A stretch of 64,000 nt of DNA, from positions 4,406,123-4,470,122 of the forward strand of contig NW_002060944.1 of the NCBI RefSeq assembly GCF_000150275.1. The letters run 5' to 3'. Shown here piece after piece: positions 13,501-25,964 of this stretch. This DNA is from Trichoplax adhaerens. Lineage: Eukaryota; Animalia; Placozoa. The position numbers and the translations under genes were made by a program. Position 1 is the first letter of the stretch, and each line of letters opens with the position of its first letter. Under the pieces are notes generated by a model that saw nothing but the letters and a program-made list of their open reading frames with translations, had not been told where the DNA came from and ran no database searches.

Positions 13501-16500
13501 TCTCTTGATATCCAATATAAGCATTAACGTAACTTTTTGTTTTCATCAATCCAAGTCGTCTAATAATGTTAAAAGTCACGGATATAATAATAGCGCACCG
13601 ATTTATGTAATATTAAAAAACTATGTATCAAATTTGTGATTTCTATCGGGTATTTTTTTCTTATTTCTGATTCTTTTATTATTGATAAATTGTCACTCTA
13701 TGCGTATAGTATGAAAGTGATATAGAATTATTTAAATGCTAAACTTACTTACGTAAATAGTATTGCAGTAATACTGTATAATTATACCAGTTACTCATCA
13801 TCATTAATACTAACATGTGATCATATATCGTTAGTGGTACTCGAAATTATCATTTTAATTATTTATTATGATTTCAACATTAACGTTTTTAAACCTGTCG
13901 TAGTCTTATTGCTAAGCTTATAAAGGTTTTGTGCAATTCGTGCAAATTTGGTAGGATAGGCTATCTACATTATAGACCGGTTTAATCTAAATGATGTCTT
14001 ATTGTAGCCTACATAATTTACCTCGATCTTTCAAATATACCGGAGATCCAATTTTGTAGAGCAGCCACATTCCCCTTCGATCCAAGGAATAAAGTAGTAA
14101 TTATATCACTACAAACTTCTTGTATTTCACTTTCAAAATCTCCTGCTACACTATTCTCTATGTTAAGATCAAACAAAGTTAAGCTGCGTTAGATTAACGG
14201 AAGATTTAAGCTAGATTTTACGACATTAGTCCTTTCTACAGATTAGTTTCCTAGAAAATATTTATGAGAGCTATGCTGTATATTACAAAATTAAATATTA
14301 GTTAGCCGTAACTAATAAATATTAGATAAGACTAAGAATAAAGTATAGTATTATTTCTCTAGTTGAAAGCGAGGTCTAAAAATGAATTGCTGGTTATAGC
14401 TATATTAGATGGATTTATATTGTTTCTTAACGACACAAATCAAAGTTAACGGATTACCTCGATGCGAATATGAGTATTTATTGCTCCAAGCTTCGAAGTG
14501 TCGACGTATAATTTTATCTGCAATCTTGATCATGTAGTTAGCTGGAATATGGCGAAGAATTTGCATTATAAATCGTTTTCGACGAATATGTGATTGATCG
14601 TTGGAGAATATTGATGGTCTAATATTAGCCATTAAATCGAAATTGAGTCGCACTTTACCAAAACCATCTTCTTTTGAAATCTAAAACAATTTAGAGGTAG
14701 AAATTAATTCTCAGAGCTACGTATATTTGCAGATCGCTGTAATAGATCTTACTAAAATTGAATGGAGTATACCTCATTTCTGAAAAATGAACATAATGTA
14801 GCATGTAATGCTACCCTACTAGGCTACTGCTATATAAAGCATTGCTTAGAGCTTTAAAATTGACCTTACTAAAACTAAATGGACAATACCTCCTTTCCTG
14901 AAAAAGTGAACGTAAGATAGCATAGAATGCTACCATACTAGCCTACTACTGTATGAAGTATTGCTTACGCTGTCAAATGAAGCAAAGTCATGATTATTAG
15001 ATCAATTACCATGCTAATGACATTCCCTGTACGATATTTACTATCGGACTATTACATTTATTAAGAATTAAAATGATACTGGCAATAGCGTAAATAAAGA
15101 TTAAAATGCTACTCTACTTTAGCTAGTGTTCCTGAATCCAATTAGATCTGCGCCTACAGTATATCCTTAGAAATGTTATGTTTATGTGCTGCATTCTACA
15201 GTTGAATTTAATAAAGCTGATTAGTAGTAAAATATAAAGATATTAAACGGTGTTCTATAATCGACCTTAACTATAACCGATAAACTACACATCTTCTATG
15301 AGGAATTAGGGCGATATATAACGTTTGTTTATGTTTATGATTACATTATTATTCTAGTTTATTTTATTTTGCATTACTAGAATCATATATGTTATAATCG
15401 TTACCTCTATTGTATTTAGATTCTCTACTCTACTACTATACTATATGAAATCGATAATATTAAAGAAAATTAACGTATCTTTCTTAAATTGCAACATATT
15501 TCTATATAATAGAGACATTTCTTATTTTAACTTACGCTATCGTGATCAAATAAGGTTTGTATGGCTATGTTATCTAATAGAGCCACAACTTTAGCGCCGG
15601 CGTAGACTCGGAAAACAGTGGAATTATATTTTTCTTCATATTGTTTAAAAAATGTATTTCCATTCTAAAGAAAAAAATTCAACGGTGTTAATAATTTGAA
15701 GTTGGCGAATCTTGAATATTATTAACTAACGAGCGAACGTAAAGATTAGACTACTAATATTGTGCTTAAAATTGGATATTAGGATTTGGTTTTATAGAGT
15801 AAGATAAATATCTATAATTCTTGAGAATAAGATTCTTCTAATTCACATTTATCGTGCAATTTCAACATGATGTGTGTAGAAAGAGCATATGACATGGGTT
15901 GCATAGCCGATGATTTAGCTTATATCTAGGTTGTAAGTGTAAGTATATGCCTACTCTCATTATACAATATTAAAATGTTTCCATTCTCGAAGTTAAAATC
16001 CTACGTCTCATAAATTATTGACTTTAAAATTCAGCGAGAGCTAGACAATCAAGGCCTCTATATTACATTACAGTATAATATTTAAAAACAAATAAGAATT
16101 AATGACAAGCTTTATTTGAATTGGGTTTGGGCTTATTCATTACGTAAAAAATTCATAAAAGGTAACATAATTTGGACCGTTTGAGATGGCCTAGGCTCTA
16201 GTGTGAAATTCTTTCACAGGATATCGCTAACTAGAAAGTTTTTGGTACTTCATATAAGAATTAAACTCGTGCTTGTAGTTTTGACTTTCTATCAGTAAGT
16301 CTATCCATTAAATTTTTAAGGTTTTAATTTTAAAATTCCTCTAGTATACTTTCTTGACCATAAAATAAATATAATATAAATATTTTATTTACTGCAAAGC
16401 TCAAGTTATTCAGAGCCTAAAGAATAAAGCCTGAGTCTATGATTTTTTAACCTTTCTATTCTCGAATTCGCTGTTAAATTTATAGCCCTAATTCTAAAAT

Positions 16501-18094
16501 TACCCTAGAGCATAAATATAATTCTACAAGAAGGATCTAAGCTATTATGTGATATGTTATTAAAAGAATTAAATATTCTAATCTGTATCTAAGGTTAATT
16601 TTATAATCGTGTTTTGGTGTTGTTTAGACACAGCGCTTGTTCCATTTCCTGTGTTACATTGGGAATCAGAATGGCTAAAGCTTGATCATAAACATTGCGT
16701 AGCCTTTACTGAAGCATTTAACCAATAATGTCTATTAATAGATGGATGTAATAACATCAATTACCGGTACTGTCGTTATAAAAACGGTGGGCAGTTTAAA
16801 TTATGTTTTGAATTCTATTACAAATAGTAATAAAATCGAAATTAGTCCTTAGTAGAGTAATTAAAATTTAATTTTTCTTACGGCGACTTCAAAAATTGAT
16901 CTAATCTTTCAATTAACAAGATTTAGTCATTAATTAAATATATCACAGGAACCATAATGCAGCCTTCATATAGATATAGTCTTTATTAAAACTAGACGAA
17001 ATATTTAATTAAAAACATCCGACACTTTGCTTTTCAAGTGTTAGTTTTAGCCTCTTTTTTGTTATGACGATAATATTGAGATCCTAGAATACTCACGAAA
17101 TTGAAGCATCATGCCGAATGGCATATTATACATTAATACAATTAATTTCCTAAACTTCCATTATTCAATACTTTCTAGAACAATCTATTCACAATGATTC
17201 TATATTCGAGATATTGAGTCGATTAATCGATTTGAAGGCGATCAAATTTTGATCTAATTTTTTGAATCTAATAGTTGATGCTTTCTAACGACGACATCTA
17301 GATTACTTAATGAAGTCGAAATATCAAGTTGAGCATTATTTAATAAAATTATTCATATACGTAAATGTTCAAGTTACTACCAAATCATTTCAAGTATTTA
17401 TCTCAACATAAGCTGCCTCGGGCGAATTGCCAATAGCTTAATCGTCTAGATTCTAGAACATGCATAATTTTCGTGTCCTCCGGTAATATGATTGTTTAAA
17501 AGCAATCGCATATAAATGGGACGTTATCACTATGTAATCATTTTGCCCTTTTCGAGGTAGAATTGCGATTTTATGCTTTCTTTTAGCTATTTTACCTATG
17601 ACCCATTTATCTTTTGACAATAACTTAAAGCCTTTAATCCGCTTATACCGTAGGACTATGTTAGTATAGTGATGATAGGAATATGGTACAATGTGATAAG
17701 ATTTAATGTAATGACCAATACACTAGTTCTGTTATCCGCCTGAGGGTAAAAGATGACTGTGTCGATTGCCGATATTCATTTTAACTGTATGAGTAAAGAT
17801 TCAACTTTTAGAATTCCATTGGAAAATATTTAGTAATGACTGGAAAAATCTCGAGTATCCTTAATATTAATCAGATTAGGGATTCTGTATCATATATTTA
17901 TTTAAAAATCGAATGAAAGTTATAAGTTATTAATTATTATTGATATTTATATCATAAATTCATTTACGGTTACTGCGCGTAGGAGGACTTACTTTGATCA
18001 TTTTGATAGCATTAAAAGTAACCGAACCAAATTTACCAGGCACTTCTCGTGGCTCATCTTCTGGTGTGATAGATGTTCTATTCTTTCGAAACAT
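10578..18094 (-). CDS. CYP74-clan cytochrome P450, paralog B, complete (11 exons, 460 aa)
   Basis: Exons 17993-18094, 15536-15664, 14458-14680, 14022-14157, 13392-13559, 13070-13250, 11954-12000, 11515-11662, 11316-11396, 11105-11199, 10578-10650 give 1383 nt in frame. Motifs: PREVPGKFG, EKYNSTVFRV, VVALLD, I-helix FNAYGG, EVLRTSPP, HRDPTIFKNPEEFRPFRF, heme loop WEAGPYTVNATEDSHQCPGK. Confidence 0.94.
14748..14971. repeat. Diverged tandem duplication (~118 bp period, 2 copies) in intron 2 of CYP paralog B
   Basis: cttactaaaa..aatgga..atacctc..ctgaaaaa..tgaac..tagcat..aatgctacc..tactag..attgctta at 14748 and 14866. Confidence 0.8.
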
Positions 18095-18575
18095 GGATAG
18101 AGATTCTCTACGATTGTATAAATTTTATTGAGTAATCAAGTGCTCTTAAGTTTTGTTGATTTCAATGGTGAACGGCCGATTTTTATCTTGGAATCATGAA
18201 ATTGATGATGGTAAATCAAAAGTATGTTCGATTTTAACAGCAGTAGAAGGAAATACTTTTAAGTGTCTATCGATTAGATTGACACTCGAAAAAGAGTAAT
18301 AAATCAATAGATGATCAGTGTTATCAAGTAGAATATTTTGGTCGTAGGAAATGGATTACTTCCAAATAATTCCAAGTGTAAGGGAATAGGAGCAAAATAG
18401 TAGTTAAGCCAGGATATTTTCAAGTACAGTAATTGCGGTACTAAAAATAAGTAACCTACACGTTTACAGTTATTAAGGCGACGTGGAGTTACTTGACCTA
18501 TTTCACTCTTGACGTTATGATGTCAATTAATACATTGCGCTGTAATAGATTTCATTCCTCACGCTCGAAGTAATT

Positions 18576-18589
18576 GTTGTTATGGCAAC
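18576..18589. promoter_or_regulatory. RFX X-box upstream of CYP paralog B
   Basis: GTTGTTATGGCAAC with a perfect ATGGCAAC half; about 480 bp upstream of the ATG at 18094. A CRE-like imperfect palindrome TTGACGTTATGATGTCAA lies at 18509-18526. Confidence 0.6.
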
Positions 18590-19404
18590 TCTAGTTTACA
18601 TTCTCAAGGTTTAACAATCAATATTTGTACAATTACAATCACAATATAGTAAATATTTTCAACTTTTGCTCAATAGTATGTAATCGTTCCATATATATAT
18701 CCACACATAATTATATCTAATAATTTACGATAATTTTTTAACTAGCTGTTATACTTGCATACCAATATCTCGGTTAATATAGTACTTATTGAATTATTGA
18801 AATCCTACAAAATTCTATACATCTTTCAGTCTATTCATTCAGGTTTCAATTTAATAGTTGGTGTTGTCAAATTTTTATAATAATATCTATTGACTCTAGT
18901 TAAAGCGATAGACTGATATTTTCGCCACCATTCTTCATCAATAAAAAATAATCCAGATTTATGTTCATTGTTCTCAACGGCATTGATTTAATTGTCTTTA
19001 TTGTAAACAGTAAATACTACATCTATTTTATATTCTAATCGATGTTTGAAATATACAATGCGTAACGTGCTATTAATATAAGGACAATGTTATCCGTAAT
19101 AATATCTTACTCATGTACATCTTGTACGAGAAATAGCATTATTTTTAAATACCTGACAACAAATTTTAATATCGTTGATAACAAGTTTAATATACTAAAA
19201 ATCCGATTGATGGTAATGGTAGTAGCAAATTTACATGATCACTTCACAATGTAGAAGAGAAAATTTTTTAAATACGCCACGTAACTAGCCGATTTTATGA
19301 TCGCGTGATAACATTCATGAATTATGCATAAACTCCTTAAATAGTCGTAAGAATCTAATATTATAAAAAATAGCCTAGACGGGTAGAATAGATGCACGAC
19401 AACG

Positions 19405-22400
19405 CTAACTTTGTCTAGCGTGAGATCGAACTTCAAGTTGCTTTTCTTCCGGAATACTACCGAATACCTATAGAAATTAAAATCATACGGACTTAATTTT
19501 AATATTTGTACAATTCAAATGTCACAAATATATAAAATTGAAGATAAAATATCACCGGTACGATAATTTAAATATATACGTTGCTCTTGTCGCTCAATAA
19601 ATAAATCGTAACTTTAATTCAAACACATTAATGAGTAATAATCGTACCTCGCTTGGAACCATCCTTTCTTCCAAGGTGACTTCTGTAATTTGCGGATATG
19701 AAAAGTTAATATTTAAATATTAGGCATGCGTATATGGTACACAGAACATAGATGTCCTTATCAAGGTCATACCGGGTGCAGGCACTTTTTCTACATCATT
19801 ATCATTATCATCATCGTCATCGTCTATATCAATTTCTTCCGGGTTAGATGCCATAACTGCCTCTTTTGATTCTTCCTGAGTTGTATCGCCCCTATAAAAT
19901 AAAGTAATATTGAAAGAGTGAGTTAGACGATCTTTTTATTAACAAAACATGGTTGTTACAGTACACATAAGCATTGATCATTGTGAATTATTTTAATAAA
20001 ATTTTACCTGATAAATAAAATATCCCGTTTACCAACTTTAGGTTGATCTTGTTTAGCTTCTTCAATGATTGCTTTCGCACGTTCTTCAAGTTTTTTCATA
20101 TCGTCACTACCTGGATCAGCTATTTTTTGTTATACATAGAAAGCAATATTTAATTACCTCAACACTTGTATAATGTGTCAAAAATTTAAATTACATACCT
20201 CCACTAGACTCTGATCCCGGAAGCATTTGGGCTGTCATGTAGTTTATCTAGGACAATGAATAGTATAAATTTACCTGTGCGGTTTCTACTAAAATTTCTA
20301 TTACTACAGATTTTTAAGAGCTTCCAATTTCTTTCTAATCTAGTAATTCAAGCAAAACATACCTTAGTGTTAAATTTAGCCTGTATGCTACGTTTAATGC
20401 GTAGCATTTCACGGAAGGTATCTTCATTGCCATGACGTACTTCAAAGTCATGCCAAGTTTTCCAGAATGATGCCTCTTTCTGCATCATACACAAGATAGA
20501 AATTTCATTTTACCTTAACGCTTTACGCTAATAAAGAACAGTTCAAAAGTACATATACAAAATTACCCTCGGATCACAAAGCTGCGAACAATAGCCATAA
20601 ATTGCTCTAGCCCGATCGATTTCGCCTAACTTCGACTCTAGATCCGCAAAACGCATACACATTTCTCTAGTACTATCATCCGGCAGAGATTCAATTGCAC
20701 GTTCATATATCTGGCGCGTATATGGCAATCCAAATACATCAGCTGCGCGGCTAATGTAGATATTAAACATCTACAAAGAATAAAAAGAAAAACACTTAGA
20801 AATACGTACATCACAACCGTAACGACCTTTCCAAGATGATGGTCTACCGCTAGTACTAACCTCAAATTTTTCATTTGGTAAAACAGCACTTGCAGCTCGT
20901 TCATAAACAGCCATAGCATGGCGGGCTAGCCCATATTCTTCCTCTAACTTTGCGTATAGCAAGTATAACGCTGGAATTGTCGTTAATATCAATTAGGTTA
21001 CGCCAAATTTTATACATACATTAGATAAGTAAATTTTTAGCGAATGTCAAATATAAGATATACTTTTAGCAAATTTCGATGGACAATTATCAAGAGCGTT
21101 CTCAAATAAATCTCTTGATCGTTCTAATTTTTTGCCGCCCTATCATAAAAATTAGATATAAAATTGACATACTTAATACATAATTGGTTTGATATTAGTT
21201 AAACATAGCAAAGTTCATAATTCCTTACATAGCGAGCTATAAACTTTTTTAAGTACGTCAACCAAATGTCATATACGTGAGGCCAGTTAAATAACGCAAT
21301 ACCCCGTTCATAAGCCTGTTCATTATAGTGATTTCATAGTGAATGGTCAGTTAAAGATTTAAAATTTGATTACAGTACAATAGACATACCTTGAAAGCTT
21401 CTTCAAAATAATGATTTTCTTCCAAGAACATTGCAAAGTTTATAATAGTTTGAGGATTGGCTATCCTTAGATCAATGATCCTGTTGTAAACAGCTTTCGT
21501 AGACTATCGTATTGATAGATATATCAGGATATTACGTTTACAGGAAGCATCATACATACAAGATACAACAATATTAGACGCATACATCAAACGTTCCGAG
21601 GCTTTCTTCCAAGTCTGCATAAAACATCCATAACTTTAACGATTTATAAACACGACTTTGTACAGCTTCTTTCTAAAGTGTTTCATATATAAAAGGTATA
21701 TTAGTACATTCAAATCAAGGGTCATAATCAAATAAAGGCAATTTTTAAAGTCAAGCTAGTACCTCATCGAAGTACTCTGCACGCCGTGAAGGTACGGCAG
21801 TTGCCTTACGTAATACATCGAGTGCTTTATCATAATTTCTAAAAGTAATTGACATATTGAAGTTATTTTTATATACATGATCTAAAGTTTAAAAAAATAA
21901 AATCAAAAGTTTGCGTAACTCCTAAAACTTACTTATGCCTTAATTCCATTTCAGCAAATTCGCACCACACGGCAGCTAAGTCATCAACATATTTGAAGGG
22001 AACTTTTGTTGCTTTTTGAAAAATAATACGTGCCTTTTGGTCCAAATCGAGAGTAGTAAGAATTAATTTCGCATAATGATTTAAACTCTACGAATATCAA
22101 TTAACCATACTCAATCAAATTATAATGATAAATATTTCAAGAAATACCTCAGGTAATTGATCATTATCTTCGTAAAACCGAGCAAAAGCTACCCATAAAG
22201 TATGTGGCTTACCAGATGCCTCAGTAGGACTAACCGTTTGCACAGCAGCTGTAAATGTCTTTATTACCTGTCGATTGTAGCATCAAAATGTAAGGAGTAT
22301 AGTTATTAATACGTAAAATTTTGATCTATTTACACAATTACATCTTGAGGGCTTCCTTCGAACAACTGAACTCTCTTGTGCCATTCATGAACATTATGAG

Positions 22401-24747
22401 GATTTTGCCGTAATAAAACGCTATAACGTGAAAAAAATATTCATAAATTAAAACGATGTAAAACTCCGCAGGCAGCATATTTTGTAGTCACGATGGACCT
22501 GTTGAGAAGTATAGGTCTCCTGTCGATAAGCTCTTCATATCTCATCAGTCTTAATTCGATATCAATATCGTCTGAAGTATCAATATGAAATAATATTTAG
22601 TTAAAATTTACATAGCAATTACAAAGGATAAAAGTAAATTTACCGTCAGTAGAGGGTCCTAATTCAGCCGTGGCTTCCATTTTTGCATTGAGCATACCTT
22701 CCTCAAATTGTGCGTATGCATCAAATACCTGAGATGTGATATGGACAGATCGGTATTAGAATGTTATTAAAGAGCAAAGGTTATGGAGGATCAGATAAAA
22801 TTAGTTGACACCTGTCCAAAGTCCCTAACTGTATTAACAGTTTGGATCGCTTCTTCATAAACATCTCGAGCTTTTTCAAAATGTCCACTTCTAATGTAGA
22901 AATCGGCCAGGGAATTCCATAATTGACCGACCATATCGGAAAATCTTTTCAATCCACCGCGAATAATAGCATCTACTTTAATGGATTTTATCTAGTAAGA
23001 GAAAGATAAATTATCCAATACTTAATTTTCAGTTTTAGACAATTTTTATGGTTGTATCATTTGGAATATCATTCATTCAGATTACCTGATCTGGATTTTT
23101 AGAAATTAGTGTGCATAATTCTTGCCACATCTAACATAATTATAGTACAGTAGTTGGAAGGTATCACGTCAATAATGTTGTGTAGTAAAAGCTTAAACTA
23201 AGTATAAAATGTAAATTTATTCATTAGTTTATCAACCTGATGCTTGGATTTGCCTTCTTTTGATACAAAACTCTCCTATGGAAGAGAAAATATTAATTGC
23301 ATATCCGGTTATTTCTAACTCTTTTACTCTTGTTGAATTTTATCTGACTGTATCGACTTACACTATTTACTAATTCAGCAAGTTTACCAGCAGCTTCATC
23401 AATTCTATCAATCGATAGTAAATATTCTATAAATTCTTCCGAATTTTCCGGACACAGCTGATAGCAATTATTAATTATTAGCATGTTTGAATGTGAGATA
23501 ACGATTTTATCGGATCACGAATAAATAGATAATAAAATCAGTGTATACTAACTTTGATATAGCGTCGATACACTCGAACAGAAGTTTCTGGGATACCACT
23601 GGATCGAACGAATTTTAGGTACAATGGCCATATCCGATGATGTTGGGTTATTGGTAAAGCTTGCAAAGCTCGATCAAAGGTGCGACGTGCTCTGGATACA
23701 AATTTTTGATCTACTAAGAATTGGGAGTAATCGATCCATAGACGAGGCATCTGTATTACAACGTATGGAAAGAAGTACTCAATTGATTTATTCATTTCAT
23801 TACTAAATACAGTAAAGAGTACATTTGTCTACTTTGATCGTTGCATAATAAAGCGGTGATACAAACAAATTAGGCAAATAGGAATTTATTGTAGCCGATT
23901 GAACCGATACATACCTTGTGCATGAATACGAGAGCTCGTTCATAAGTATTGTTAACATCTTGATATGCAGGATCATTGATGCATCTAAGCCAATACAAGT
24001 TATAATAGAGCATGATATATATATATAAGTAAAAATTTAAAAAGTTGGATCCTTCTAACATGGAAGGTATAGATTAATGCATGTTGGCGGATAAATTAAT
24101 CCGATCTATGCAAGAATAATTAAGGTGAATGAATTATCATTTAAGATACATACTTTCCTCGAATTTGTTTCCTTCTTAATTTTAGATAATTATACCACAA
24201 TTTATAGCTAAAGAGACGCGTAGAGGAGAAAAAAGAATGTTTTTTTTTTTAATAAGATTGTCATTTAGTAGCAAGTATGAGAAATACACACTGGCAAGAA
24301 ATGAATAAACTATTCCATCGTCATGTAGACCAAGATCATCATGGAGGTAGAGTATGAAGCTGGATGGACAAGAAGAAAAACAAGAACAAGAGTATTGCAT
24401 TCTGATGTGGTACTAACCTGCCAGGGAGTTCTTTTAATGCCCGTTCGTGTATTAAATTGATGACTTGTTTAGGTGAGTTGGCTTTATGTTCAATATAACG
24501 CATCCAAAATTTCACCGAATAAGGATTGCGTAAAATTTCCTCTTCGAAAGCAATATCCGATTCTTCCTGCAAAACGAACAATACAGAAAGAGCTATTTAG
24601 CCAACATGGCAAGCAAAAGCTTTTTTCCCCTTGTCGTTTCTACCATCTCACTACAGTTATTCTTCACTCTCTCATCCTCTGAATAATAAATCATACACTT
24701 ACCAGGACCATATCCTGGACTTTAGAAGACGGTACAACCACTGGCAT
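19405..24747 (-). CDS. XAB2: Pre-mRNA splicing factor SYF1 / XPA-binding protein 2 (HAT/TPR repeats)
   Basis: Multi-exon. First exon 24703-24747 (MPVVVPSSKVQDMVL), then EESDIAFEEEILRNPYSVKFWMRY, RTFDRALQALPITQHHRIWPLY, LLYAKLEEEYGLARHAM, FADLESKLGEIDRARAIY, NPEEIDID, ending VPSE-VFGS...RQS* (stop 19405-19407). Confidence 0.97.
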
Positions 24748-24949
24748 TATGAATCAATTTTGCAATTTCATGTATCGATTTTCTTTCAAGATGCCAATGC
24801 CAATGCCAATGGAGGAAAAGCGAGCAGATGAGAGTTTGAAGCCAGTTGATTAGCGCATTTTCCCCCTCTGCTTCAGTACTGTCCAGCGTGCAGTCGTCCT
24901 GTCTACAGCCCATTCAGGGGTGTTTTAGTGTACTGAATACTGTACTGTC

Positions 24950-25385
24950 CTGTACCACATCATACTGTACTGTAGCACATCACACCGCACTGACGGACAG
25001 ACAGGATGCTAAGGCAGAGCATGCGTGTTATCGGCACACTGATTATTTACTGTACTGTATAATACAGTACTTTGCACTTCAGTATACTGTAATACTGTAC
25101 TGTACATACATACTGTACTGTACAGTACTCTACCACATCGTACCGTACTGACGGATGGACAGTATGCTAAGGTAGAGCATGCGTGCTATCGGCACTGATT
25201 ATTTACTGTACTGTACAGTGTACAGTATAATACAGTACTTTGCACTTCAGTATAATAGATATACTGTATTCTACCACATCGTACCATACTGACGGACGGA
25301 CAACGTGCTAAGGTAGAGCATGCGTGCTATCGTCACACTAATTATTTACTGTATAATACAGTACTTTGCACTTTAGTATAATACA
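24950..25385. repeat. Three copies of a ~140-160 bp unit with variable (TACTG/CAGTA)n spacers
   Basis: Core cacatc..actgacgga..gctaagg(c/t)agagcatgcgtg..ttatttactgta..tacagtactttgcactt; the gctaagg anchors lie at 25008, 25166 and 25307. Confidence 0.9.
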
Positions 25386-25508
25386 TGGTAAGTTGCACCT
25401 TCAATGGATATTCTACAGCTATCCTTCTGTACACGGTACACCCAGTGTGCAGTACAGTGGGTGCTCAATGTTCCTGCTCATGCCGCTCATGCCAGCTCAT
25501 GCAGGCTT

Positions 25509-25945
25509 AGCCTAAGAAATTCGCAAAAGAAAACCCAATTGGACCTCGGCAATTTTCAGTTTTATCCAATTAATCATTAAAAGCCACTTCTTCTACATAC
25601 AGTACAGCAATAGAAGGAATCGTGGTAGAGATTTCTTAATGTAAAAGCATTTGCTTATCGTGGAGAAGGGATTGGACCACGTTCAACAACAACAACAAAT
25701 AGGAAGATTTCTGCTCCAATTCGGGCTCACGGAGCCTAAGAAATTCGCAAAAGAAAACCCAATTGGACCTCGGCAATTTTCAGTTTTATCCAATTAATCA
25801 TTAAAAGCCACTTCTTCTACATACAGCACAGTAATAGAAGGAATCGTAATAGAGATTTCTTAATGTAAAAACATTTTCTTATCGTGGAGAAGGGATTGGA
25901 CCACGTTCAACCACAATAAATAGGAAGATATCTCCTCCTATTCAG
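25509..25945. repeat. Near-identical direct duplication (224 bp period) just upstream of PIGK
   Basis: agcctaagaaattcgcaaaagaaaacccaattggacctcggc... starts at 25509 and at 25733. Confidence 0.95.
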
Positions 25946-25964
25946 GCTATTCATTAATTAATCC

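Larger units (their letters stand above)
24748..25964. promoter_or_regulatory. Bidirectional promoter region between divergent XAB2 and PIGK
   Basis: Head-to-head ATGs about 1.2 kb apart; locally higher GC and filled with repeats. Confidence 0.7.

Noticed and set aside
17097-17133. Possible extra exon (MYNMPFGMMLQF) in intron 1 of CYP paralog B
   Set aside because: It ends in phase 1, incompatible with the phase-0 next exon, and paralog A has no equivalent.
24722-25151. Cys/Tyr/Thr/Val-rich ORFs in the XAB2-PIGK promoter
   Set aside because: Translation artefacts of pentamer repeats, with no splice or homology support.
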